The position numbers and the translations under genes are program-made. A stretch of DNA of 64,000 nucleotides, from the NCBI RefSeq assembly GCF_036321535.1, contig NC_087437.1, positions 15,874,001-15,938,000 on the forward strand, in the 5' to 3' direction. A model generated the notes under the pieces. That model saw only the letters and a program-made list of their open reading frames with translations. It was not told where the DNA came from and searched no databases. Numbering within the stretch: position 1 is the first letter of the stretch; each line of letters opens with the position of its first letter. Of the stretch, positions 36,824-48,194 are shown in pieces. The stretch is from Camelus dromedarius (Eukaryota).

Positions 36824-39800
36824 GTAAGCCCTGGGGCTCCTGGGCCTCTTCTTCCTGCCCCCCTGGGCCAGGGCCAGGCCTGCAAAGGTCCCCACCTCCA
36901 GTTCTGGATCCTGAGGGGACAGGAGAGCTTAACGGCTCCTGCCAGAGCTCTAGGCAACCTCTTCTCCTGTAATAGGCGTGATGATTTTCCAGTTGTGTCC
37001 AAGCAGAATATCAGTTTTCATGGTTGGAGGGGAGAGATGGGGAGAATTCCAAATGGTGGATAATAACTTAATAACCATTCAGTTATATTTAGTTTTGGGG
37101 ACACTGACATTTAGACTGTCCTTTTCTGTCTTTCACACCCGCACACACACACACCCTTGCATCCTGTCCAACCCCGTAGCCCCGTGCTCTGAACCATGGA
37201 GAATTTAGGTTATCATGGACAAGTCACTCAAGGGTCATTGAGAAGTGACTGAATTTGGAAAATATCTGAGTTCCTTTCAGGCCAGCTCCCCTGGCACTCA
37301 GCTTGGTTCTGAACCCATGCAGCTTATTAACTCAAAGCCCCCTGGCTTGGCTGTCCTCTTCCAGGGGCTCAGAGCCAGGCCCTGTGGCAGGGATGGGGCC
37401 TCAACTTAGTATGTCCTGGAAGGAGGGGAAGTTGCTGGAATGGGGGTGGGGCAGTACCCTGTGCTGTGTTACCTTTGCTTCTGAGCGATGCCAGCTTTGC
37501 AGTTGGGGGTGTCACATTGGATCGCCTCAGTCCAAGAGAGCACATGTCCAAAACGTGGCCATAAACATGCTGACCTGGCTCGAAACTTGGTCTTCTCTGG
37601 GAGTTAACAGAAAGGTCTAGGCGGTCCACAGCTCATCTGTTACTTGAGTACATGGAAGCTGAACATTGGGGGATCCAAAATTGGGGAGGAGAAGACAGTT
37701 TTCCTTTATTAAAATTTACTGTGGCCTTCAAAGTTTCAGATTCTTTAAAGAGCAAGTCTCCCCATATGGACCTCAGAAGTGACCACCTTGACCCTAACTC
37801 ATTATTTGGCTTGCCCTCATCCTTTGGGGACAACTTGGAGGTGGGGGGAGCCGTAGTTGCTCCTTCTCCATCATGAGCTTCCTGCCAGCTGTTCCCTGTC
37901 ATCATCCCCATCCTGTCTGGGTGTCAGAACATCCCTTGTGTGTCTCCTTCCCTGCTTACCTTGCTCTCCAGACACCTGCCTGGGTCGGGGCCCTCACACA
38001 GCTGTTCCGAGGCCCGCTGGGAGTGGAGAGCTGTGCCTTTGGGTCTTTATGGGATTTCTTGGTATGGTACCCGTGACGGGTGGTGGGTGATGTGGAAACA
38101 GGGGAGAGAGGCCAGATCAAGTGATGAATCAAAGCAGACAGTTTTAAAACCAGTTGGGCCTGGTTCCATAGTGCTCCTCTTTGTCCTGTTGATTGGGGGT
38201 GAGAGGGAGGTGCCCTCCCGGGCCCGTGTCTCGGTCTGAGTGGGGACCCCGGCACCAGGCTGACTTCTTAAAGGTACAACTGCAGCAGCTGCCAGGCACG
38301 CTTGCCGTAGCAGGGTGATTTCTCCAGGCTTCAAAGGGCTGCCATGCTGCACTTGCTGGCTGGGGCCCTCTCATTTTTCTCATTATTTCCTGAGCAGAAC
38401 GGCAGGAACCAGAGCAAGCATTGATTGGTTCTGATTTAATTGGGACTTTGGGAACAGGCTCTCATGTCTTTGGTCTAATTGGAACTTTTCTCTTTTGTGG
38501 GGGGGCGGTTCTGCTGTCTCTGCTGCTTGTCAGTCACCTCCGGTGGTGGTCCTGGGCGGCCTGTGGGGACAAATATGTAAATGCAGCTGGTCTCTTTCCA
38601 CTCGCTCGCATCTTCTCTACACAGCCGCAACCCTCTCCTGACTTGTGGTGCACGTTCCTAATCTAGAGCTCTTAGGAATGTGACTTGACTTCGCAAATGG
38701 CTTGTTGCAAACTCTTTGGAGGCTGGAGAAAATGGGGACCCCAGGGCACCATCACGTTTCCATTTCAAGGGCACAGGCAGCCACATTTTGGTGGCATTTC
38801 TGAAAGTGGAGGGTGTCAAGCCAGGCATCATCATGGGTCCTGCAGTCCAGCAGCCTGGCTGAGCTCAGTGCCCTAGAAGGGCAGAGAAGCCTCTTTTCCT
38901 CCATCTCAAGAACTTTAAGCTGCATCTTCCAAATTCTTCACCCTGGGCTCTGCTGGTAACCCAGCCTTGGTGGCTGAGCTCAACCTCCCTCCCCAGGGCT
39001 CACAGCAGTGGGCTTCCTGGGCAGGTGAAGGGGCCTAGGACATAGACAGTGATCTGGGGACGACTCTAATCCCTTTGGATTGGGATGGAGGATGGTCCCC
39101 AGGGTGTATCTTCAAGGGAAGGTGTTCAGCTCATCTTGCATGCTCATGCTGGTTGTCAGGTGGGCACTGCCGCCCTTCACAGCCATTTTGGGGTGACCTG
39201 CCTTATACAGCCAGCTTTCCTGAGGCCTGGAGTGTGAGAATGGTGGACGCAATAGAGGATTGTGGGTGAGAAGGAGCGAATCTCCATCAGCTGTCCTGGT
39301 AGGACTGGAGAAGGAAGGTGAGCTACTCTCTCCCTACACAGCCCTGAGACCAGATGCCCTGGAGCCCGGCTGGGAGAAGCCTGCGTGGTTCTGCGATTCA
39401 CACAGTTATGTTGATCTGATAAAATTTTCTTTTTTGGCTGTTTGAACCTGAGCCTTTGCATGTGTCCGATCTGCAGGGTGGCAGAAAGACTATTCTTTAT
39501 ATTGTTTCTCTGGCTGGACAGGCTTTTCACCACGGGCAAGAATCTTACTCTGACTCTCTCCTTGAGTCTGCTAAACCCTCTTCTGTCAAAGTCATGGTGA
39601 CCAGTCACTCAGTTTTGCAGAAGCATCTGGAGACCAATTAGGCAGCTTAGCCAGCAAAGAGTGGTCCTGGCCTAGAGCTGTTCCTGGTGTGAGGAGGGAG
39701 GGTGCTGAGAGGAGGGTTAGCAAGCAGAGGAAGCCGTGGGGAGATCTTGCACATCACGATGTGCGACAAGCGGCTCCCACATTTTCTAGAGGGCTCCATG

Positions 39801-41138
39801 GCCCAAGGCCTGTTCCGGACTCATCCTTTCTGCAGGTTGGACTGACCGAGCAGAATCACAGCAGCCTGCTCACCCTGCCAGGGCCTCCGACACCATCATG
39901 CATTTAGCTCCCTGAAATTGTTAATTGCTAGGCAAATGGCCCACCTGCTCCAACTTTAAGTTTTATGCTCATAGTATAGCAGATAAATGGGAAATCATGG
40001 CTTGGTCGTTACCCACCCGCGTGCCTTCCCTTCTCAGGCTGCTGGCTAAGTTGATTCTTTGTGTGAGTCCCTGCAGCCTAGTGGTCCCTGGACCAGGTGC
40101 TCAGCAAGCTCTCTCTCTGTGCCATGGAGCCTAAAATGTTGCGTCAGCTAAAGCTGGTCTCAGGGGAGGATGGCTGGGCTGAGACTGACCATCGCTCGGG
40201 GGAACTTGGCATGGGCAGACCTCTTATCTGTCTGTTAGAAGCTTGAGGGCTGCAGTATCCCATATGGGTGCCCGAGGAGGGGTCCCAGGTGCTAGGAGAG
40301 CCTCTGGCAGCCAGATCTTAGCCCCCGCAGTATTCTCCTGGGGCTTGGATCTGTGTCCACCCCTGAGTTCCATAAGGGCCTGGCTTTCCCCCGCAGACAC
40401 AGTCCCTGGAGCTTCCAGAAGGAGCTGCCTCATTATCCTGCCTGTCCAGCCCCAGTCAGGGCTCAGGAAATGATGATGCAGTACATACCCTTCCCTGCCA
40501 TTGTCCCTTGCTCCTGCCAGGCTGGCCTTGGCTCACCCCGCAGAGGGCACACCCTGATCCTTAAAGGTGCCTAGGCCTTTATTGTAGATGCAGGGTGATG
40601 GAAAGGTGGAAGGTCGTGTCCAGGTGGAAGAGGCCAAACCTAGAGACTGGAGCTGTGCTGTGAACTTCTGGGTGATTTTTAGATCAGTCTTTTTCCGATG
40701 ACAGTCTTATCCTCTCTGCCTATTTCCCACGGTATGTGGCAATCCAGGGAGGGGATGGATATGAGGACACTCTGTAAGCTGTGTAGCCTTTAAACATACC
40801 ACCTGACTCTGGTTATTCAGGCAACAAGACTGTGGAATGAAAGTGGCGTGCCGTGCCCCCATCCACAGACACTGCTCAACAGGAGTCCTGGGCACCCAGC
40901 CACCACCTCCCTGCAGGCCAGCCCCAGCGCCGTGGCGGTCGAGCAGTGAGATCAGCATGCGGGCATGGTCCACTGTCCCGCGACAGGTCAATGGGTCAGT
41001 CAACACACGTTGGAAAAATGTGGCCCATGCGCTTGCCTCAGGGCAGGGGGTCTAGGCAGGTAGTCTTTGCGAGCTGAAGGTCTAAGTGGGGAGAGGTGAG
41101 TCCCCAGGTCTGAGAGAGAAGGATGCTTTTTCTGAAGC

Positions 41139-41300
41139 AGTGATTCTTGATCCCATAGTGGGCATGGGAACCCCCAGGAGAAGTTTTAAAGAATGACATC
41201 CCCAGGTGCTCCCTTTTGAGATCGCATTGGTCAGGTCTGTTTGGGGCTGAGGCCGAGAATCTGGCTGTAAGTTCCAGACTGGGACCATCTATGCATCCGG
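41139..41300. mobile_element. hAT/Charlie non-autonomous DNA transposon (MER5-like)
   Basis: cagtgattctt terminal-repeat-like start; ggtctgtttggggctgaggccgagaatctg internal motif. Confidence 0.5.
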
Positions 41301-42373
41301 AGTCTAGAAGTAGGGGTCCTGGGTGAGGTCACTGAAGGAGTCTTAGGACTTGTGGGATTTATAGAAAGGATGGGCCTGAGGGGACATAGAAGAGGCTGGG
41401 AGAGGGGGCCATGGGAGCAGGCTGCAGTGGATGGCCTGAGCTTGAGGCCTCAGGCCAGCAGGGAGGGGATGCTCAGAGCATCACTGGACCTTGTGTAGGG
41501 GCTGGGGCTGCAGGAAGGTGGTCCAGGGCCCTGATGAGGCCAGAGAGTATAGACGTGGCACCAGCTGCTGGGAAGCCCCAGAAAGGCTCCGGGCAGAGGA
41601 TAGAGTGCTGAAGGCTGAGGGCAGACTGCCTCTAGGTTACAGAAAAGAGCAGCCTTTCCTTGGGGCTGGGTCACTCAGAACTGTCCTCAGAACAGCAGGG
41701 GTGCCGCTGCTGTCCCCAAGGGCATGGTCAAACCAGCAGGATTCCCATGCCCTGTTCAGGGCCAGCCAGCCGGGGTTGGGGCTGAGCCTGCATGTCCTGT
41801 AACCGGGAATCCGTGTGGCTTCCCCGGGGGGCTCTCGGGGCAGCTGAGATCATTCCATCTCTAGATGTCGGCAGGGCCTTGGCAGCTCCTAAAGAAGAAC
41901 AGAGACATTCTTGGTTCTTCCGGCCCCTGCTTTGTGTCTCTCCAGCTCCCTAGTATCCCACAAAGCCCTGCCTTGGGTCCTGCAACCTCACAGGCCCTGC
42001 CTGTTCCCCGGCCACACTTCCTGGCCTCTCCCTCAGGTCTCTTCACTCCCTGCTCTCTCCCTCCGCATAAGAACGGTTTTTCTTGGTAATTTTCCACCTC
42101 CATGTAAATTCCTTCATGCCTGGAAACCCCAGGGACATTTTGAACCTTTCAACAGTTTCGAGCCTTTGTCAGCTTGAGCTGCCGCGATGAGCCAGTTTGT
42201 AAGCCTGAGGGAGCCAAGACAAAAAACCTGCAGGATTTGAAAGTGGAGGAAAATGTGTCTAATTTAGCTCTTCTAGGAAAAAGAAGTTTCTGGGGCCTAT
42301 TTCCACCTCCCTTAGGGTGGCTGGGTCCCAGCTCTGCCTTCTCACCTGAGTGTTGAAAGGGGGACCTGCGGGA

Positions 42374-42403
42374 GCGCGCGCGTGCGTGCGTGTGTGTGTG
42401 TGT
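42374..42403. repeat. (GC)n-(GCGT)-(GT)n alternating purine-pyrimidine tract
   Basis: gcgcgcgcgtgcgtgcgtgtgtgtgtgtgt. Confidence 0.9.
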
Positions 42404-44001
42404 TTGTGTCTCACTGTGCTGGCAGCCGCGTTCTGGGCACTGATGAACCCTTTCCGCTGTGCTCTCTCTGCCCCATCAGCTGATGGCTGGTGAGTGAGAG
42501 GAAGGCCACAGCCTAGACGGCCAGCCTCTGCTCCAGCCCCAGGGAGACCGGCTCTGCTTCCGGCTGGGGGAGGCCAGGGTCATTAACACCGCAACCCTGT
42601 AAGATGAGCTTTATAATAGGATTTCCCAACAGGCTACTTCATTTAGAAACCTCTCGGGCCTCCTCTGCTTCCCACAGTGGCCCTGCCCAGCGCCCTCCAG
42701 AGAGGAATCCGATGTAATTGTCTGGATGTAATGGGCTGTGACACCAGCATGAGCAACAGCAAACAGGGCTGGAAGGATGCCCTCTGCCTCACCGACTCCA
42801 GCACGCCGGTCACGGACGTGCGGTTCTGGACTCTGGAGGCGGCAGGGGACGGCAAGGGGAGCAGAGGGGAGGGGCAGCTCGGTTCCAAACCCCCTTGTGC
42901 CCTGAGCTGCTCCTTGTGTCTTTGAAGGATGGACTGGGGTAGAAGCACTCAAATTCCACTGTCAGGATTCTCCCAGATTAGTGCTAGAGTTACTGAGAAT
43001 GTTCTGGGCACGAGAGCTGTCCGGGGTGGAGGTCCACGACTTAATAAATGTGTGTTATCAGAGATGACGGTGAAGGCACCATAGGTCATTACTGAGGTGG
43101 TGTGGGCAGTGGAGACATTGCGGGGTGATCAGTCTAGCTACGGCCCGGGGGCCACCACTACTGCCCCATCAATGGCCCATGAAGAACTGAAACTGCCCAA
43201 GCTGGTGCGGAAGTGGGTGGGATACCAAAGAAATGTCCATTCTGACCGCCTCATTGATCCATGGAGAGAGGGCAGCCAGAGGGCATCTCTGGACACCAGT
43301 GTAGAGAGCCCTGATGGGTGATGTCGGAGCAGGCTCTGATACCACTGCCTGTCTCTGCTTCTGAGACTGGTTTTTGTTGACATTAACCATCCTTGGACGC
43401 ACAGCATGTGTTTTCAGGAATATCAGCCCCCTCTTGGCTGTTCTCCCATGAGCCCTCTGCCTGTGTCTATGTTGCCCCTTCTTTTTTCTTGGGTCTGGGT
43501 GCTCTGTGGAGCCGCGCTCTGTGGTTATACATTTCTGTACCGTACAGCTCAGGGCTCCACGTTGACTGCCCCATTTTCTTTTCAACCTCTCTGGAAGCAG
43601 TACTGTCTCTCCAGATGCTCTGCCATGTTGAGCCATCGAGGGGGTACACAGTGTCTCAGGGGGGTGACCCCAAGCTCCCTGGGAAGGACAAGGTCTAAGG
43701 CTTTGTGCTTCCAGAGAAGGGGGCAGGACTATGGGCTGGTGGCCTGGTTGTGGCTCTGTAATCAGCATGAGGACCAGCAGGGGCTCCCAGGGCTGAACCC
43801 TGGCTCAGGCAGGGCTATGCTCTGACTTAACCCCTTTGTTTCCTGTCCCCATCTCTCTTTGGAGCAGGACAGTCCTTGTCTGCAGAACCTGAGCACACAC
43901 ATCTGCACGAACTTCCTTGCCTGGATGGGGAATCACTACTTTCAAGTGACGAAAGGATGAGTCTGTGTAGCTGCAGGTGTGCTGGGCTCATCCTCTTCTC
44001 C

Positions 44002-44045
44002 TGTGTGTGTGTGTGTGTGTGTGCACGTGCACACGCGCGTGCATG
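44002..44045. repeat. (TG)n plus gcacgtgcacacgcgcgtgca tract
   Basis: Directly visible. Confidence 0.85.
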
Positions 44046-44849
44046 TCCTTGTGGCCAGAGAGGTTAGCCACATCAGGCCCTGGAGAGGTTGGTGAGGGTG
44101 AGCAGGCAGTGTGGGGAGCCTCAAGAGACTTCTTGGAATCACCGGACAGCAATCAGGGCCAGGGAGGGCCAGATTCAGTCCTCATAAGGGTTTTCATTGT
44201 GGGTGGGGCCCAGTTCAGGAGAAGGGCTGGACCAGGAAGCAGGCACTCTGATTTCTGGCTGGTCCCTGGCCTCTGTCTGGAATAACCCACCAGCCCTCTG
44301 GGACGCAGAGTGGTGTGGTCACTGGGTCTTGGGGTATGACCATCGGGGCCCTGGTCCAGTCTCTCCTTGCATGACTTCTGGCCTCCTGTTCCTCAGTCAG
44401 GTTGGATTCCACTCATGAGTTCCTATGGATGGAGTGACTCTATGCTCATTCTTTAGGTTTTTATTGGGCACCTTTATACTCATCCACTCAGATGGAGCAG
44501 ATTTACTTCTGAGAATCTTCTCGATTCTTAGCTCTTAGAAAGCGCTTTCAGTGTCCAGAGGGCAGCGGGGCCGTGAGTGACCTGTGGAGGGTGGTCCCTC
44601 CCAGGTGGGTAAGACCTCTCCAGTGAGTCCAGCCCACCCGATGACACTTCCTTTGCTTTCCCGCCATGGTCCCCCAGCCTACTCTTGGACACCTCTAATG
44701 ATGGGACACTCAGACTTCCTGAGGCAGCCTGGTTCATCTCTGAGTCCTAGGATTGGAATGAGTCAGGGGCCCACTGCTCCCATCCCTGGGGTAAAGCTTT
44801 TATGCAAACTCCCTTCTCCTAAGTTGTCTTTTGCCGTTGTTACTGTTTT

Positions 44850-45640
44850 TTAAATGTTTTGAACAGGTAGGACATCTGAAAAGTAAGCTTTCCTCTGACT
44901 TGTGTCCTCATCAGGGTCCCTCCTTGTTTTACTTTCTGATGTTCTCTGTCCAAGAGGGTCCATGCATCTGTACCCAGACCACAGAGGCATCCTGTCCCCA
45001 CCTGCACAGGACATCCTGCTCAGGGTTTTCACCTAGTCCCCACCCCCCACTCCCTTTCTTACTTAACAATGAAGATTAGCAGTAGTTTGGTTGTATCACA
45101 TAGAAATCTGCCCTTTCTTTCCGATGATTGTGTAGTATTCCATTGGATAGATGTGCCTTTGTTTAATTGGCACATTTATTTACATGTAGGTTGCTTTCTG
45201 TTTTTTGTTGTTTCTAACCAACATTTCAACAAACATCCTTGTGCCTTCAACTTTGCACTTAGATGTGAGCATATCTGTGAGATGAATCCATTAATTAATT
45301 TATTCAATGAATATTTATTGAGGATTTTCTGTGTGTCAAGCACTTTCCTAAGAGCTAAGAATGCAGCAAATCCTTAGAAGTAAAATTGCTGAATCAGAGT
45401 ATATCAGTTTTTAATTTTGATAGATATTCCCAAGCAGTCCTCCAAAAAAAAGGCATTTGCTACCAGTTTTTGCTCCCACCAACAATATACGAGCATTCCC
45501 GTTGCGTGTACTTTTGCCAGATAATAGGATATCAATCGTTTTTATCTTTGCCAGTCTGATAGATGAAAGCTGGCACCCCACTGGTTTCTGTTTGCCTTTG
45601 TCTTGCTATGAGGGGCATTGAACACGGCAAAGTTCCATAA
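44850..45640 (-). mobile_element. Old L1ME fragment with a nested L2 tail (about 45293-45368)
   Basis: gtagtattccattggatagatgtgcc…gttgctttctg…aattgctgaatcagag…ctttgccagtctgatag; nested tattcaatgaatatttattgagg…caagcact is an antisense L2 3' end. Confidence 0.7.
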
Positions 45641-46509
45641 ATTGCCCTCTTTGGGAGTTGAGATGCAAACATTCCTATGTAAGACATCTCTCAGCTCTCA
45701 CCCTTTGGCCCAGTCCCTCCACCCACATTTCTTCCTTTAACTCTCCCAGTTTGCCTCTGGAGCCTCGAGGCTCAGCTCATTTTGGTGGCTCCTACTTAGC
45801 TGCCCCTTCCTCCATCACCAGCCTTCAGTTCTCACCTCCTCCAGCCTCCTCTTCACTTCTTCTGCAGCATCCCTTCCTCACCAGATCTGCCACTCCTTCC
45901 CCGGCAACTCTGAATCTGTCTTGGCCCCATCCTGGACCACGTATCCATGCCCCAGGAGAGCGCACACCTTCCCCGAGCCCTGCTGATGCCATGGCCGGCT
46001 TCTGCCAATGAGCCTTGTCTTAGCCGGGGCTGCCACCACCGCCTCCATCACTGTTTGGTTTTTGTCTTCAACTCTGCAGCAGTTCGTTCTCCCTGGGGAG
46101 ACTTCCTACCTCTCTTACTGGCCTCAGCCTTCCTCTCCCCTCTTCCCTGTCCCCCTCCTCTCCTCTGTTCTCCCCTTTCTTCCTTCTTTCCTCTCTCCCT
46201 TCCTTCCTCACTACTTTCTGTTAAAGTAAATATATTCAGGTTAAAAAGTGAGTCAGCTTCAAGAAAACCAATAAATAATAAATTAAAAACCTGGCAGGTA
46301 GATATGGCAAAAAGCAATAGAGATAATATGCAAATGATGCTTAAGAGACTGCTGACTTGCTCTGTTTACCTGGACTGAGAAAGCAGCTTATACACTCTTC
46401 AGGGCAGTCCTGCATTTCATTGTCAGAGAGTGGGGATGGTTATTGTTTGGGTACTGAGGAAACTTTTTTGGTTTGGCTTCTGGCTTGCGTTGAAGCACTA
46501 ATACAACGT

Positions 46510-46710
46510 GGTTATCATTTATAGAGTGCTCACTCTGTACCATCTGCCAGATTTTTTTCCTGCGTTATCCTTGAAATCCTCACAATAGCCCTATGAGTTA
46601 CATATGGCTATCATCCTTGTTTTTCAGTTGAAGACACCGAGGCACAGAGAAGCTAAGTAACTTTGCCAAAGTCATACAATGTAGGACTCTGAGACTTGAC
46701 TGACAACCGC
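46510..46710 (-). mobile_element. MIR
   Basis: aatcctcacaatagccctatgag…gaggcacagagaagctaagtaactttgccaaagtcatac. Confidence 0.85.
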
Positions 46711-48007
46711 TGTTCTGTATCCCTCCCCCAGTTGGAGTAGAGCGAGATCCTATTATGGGCAGATTGTGATTTGTGATGGGAGCTGGGGCTTCTGTGTCCC
46801 ATGTGGTCTGACATACAAGCCTTCGCTAAGGTACTCAAAGAAAAGCCATCAGAGTTTGAACTGTATTTCCATTGGCTAGGGGTCAACCGAAGGTTCATGG
46901 TGTGACCATGCTTACGGCAAAAATGAATCAAAGACACACCCCTCCACCTCCATGGTCAGCCCAGCTCTCAGTCATCTCCTCCCCGAGCTCCCCATGGGCA
47001 GAGCCACTCAATATGTCTCTGCGTCCCAAACACCCACCCTGTGCCATCCATTAAATAAGAACTAAATGAAACACATTGAAAACAAAATTGGTGGGAGCAG
47101 GATGTGAGCTGAGGAGGAAGGAAGGCTTTGCATTAGGATGTGTAAGAAGACATCTCAGCAGCGTTGGATAGCGTAAACTCTGAAAAGGCCAGGCAGGAAC
47201 GGAATGCGAGTCCGATCACAAAACGTGCGCTGGAAGAGGTGACGATGGCAGAACCAGATGGAGGAAGTAACCAGTGATAGCAGAGGTGTTGTCTGTCTGT
47301 TGTCCAATAGAGTGACACGTTGTGCACACACATGCACACACAGGAGAAAATCAACAGGATGGTTGCAAGCCCATACGTCATGAAACCCCTTCCCTGAAAG
47401 TTGGTGATAATGTGTCAGTTTGACAGAGGACATAAGGTCAGTGCAACGTGTGTGTTTCAAGTGGAAAATGACAATCTGCTCTTTGCACAAGACGGATAGA
47501 GCTTCTCGTTGAAATTGCATGGAATACGCAAGAACTCTGCCAAATCATGAACTTGGCAAAACTGGGCCTGTTCCGGGAATTGAGCGATTGGAGGGTTTGT
47601 ATCTGGGTCTGTCACACACATGCCTACGTTTATCCGAATCTGGCGGCCCTTGTGACTTGGGCTTCTCCTTCTTGCTGGTTCTGTTTGGCTTCCCCTCTGC
47701 ATCTTCGGCCAAATTTGTTCTCCTGTTTTCTTTTCTTTTCCTCTGTTTATTCTGTTCTCTTGTCTGTCTTCTCTCTGGACTTGATTCGAAACGAGACAGA
47801 AAGCACATCCCATTGGTAGAATTTTCATGAATGGAGGGCTATTTTCATTCATTGTTTTTATTTTTTTCCCTAGGAAACTATTTAGATGCAAATTGCAAGG
47901 AAAAATGAATTTTTGCATATAGTAAAATGTAGGAAATCAGTGTTTCTCACTGAAATCAATTGCAAATATTACAAGAATGATTTTTGTCATCAGAATTATT
48001 AATATAC

Positions 48008-48194
48008 GGGATTAGGGTATAGCTCAGTGGTAGAGTGCATGCTTACCAATTATGAGGTCCTGGGCTCAATTCCCAGCACATCTGTTAAAAAAAAAAATAA
48101 ACAAATAAATAAACCTAGTTACCCCCCTCAAAAGAAAAAGCCCACAAATAAGGAGAAATTTTTTTTAAAACAGTGAGAGAAGAAAAGATTAAAA
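48008..48194 (+). mobile_element. tRNA-derived SINE, Vic-1-like, with extended tail
   Basis: agggtatagctcagtggtagagtgcatgctt…gaggtcctgggctcaattcccag; perfect 13-bp TSD aattattaatata (47994-48006 / 48195-48207). Confidence 0.92.
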
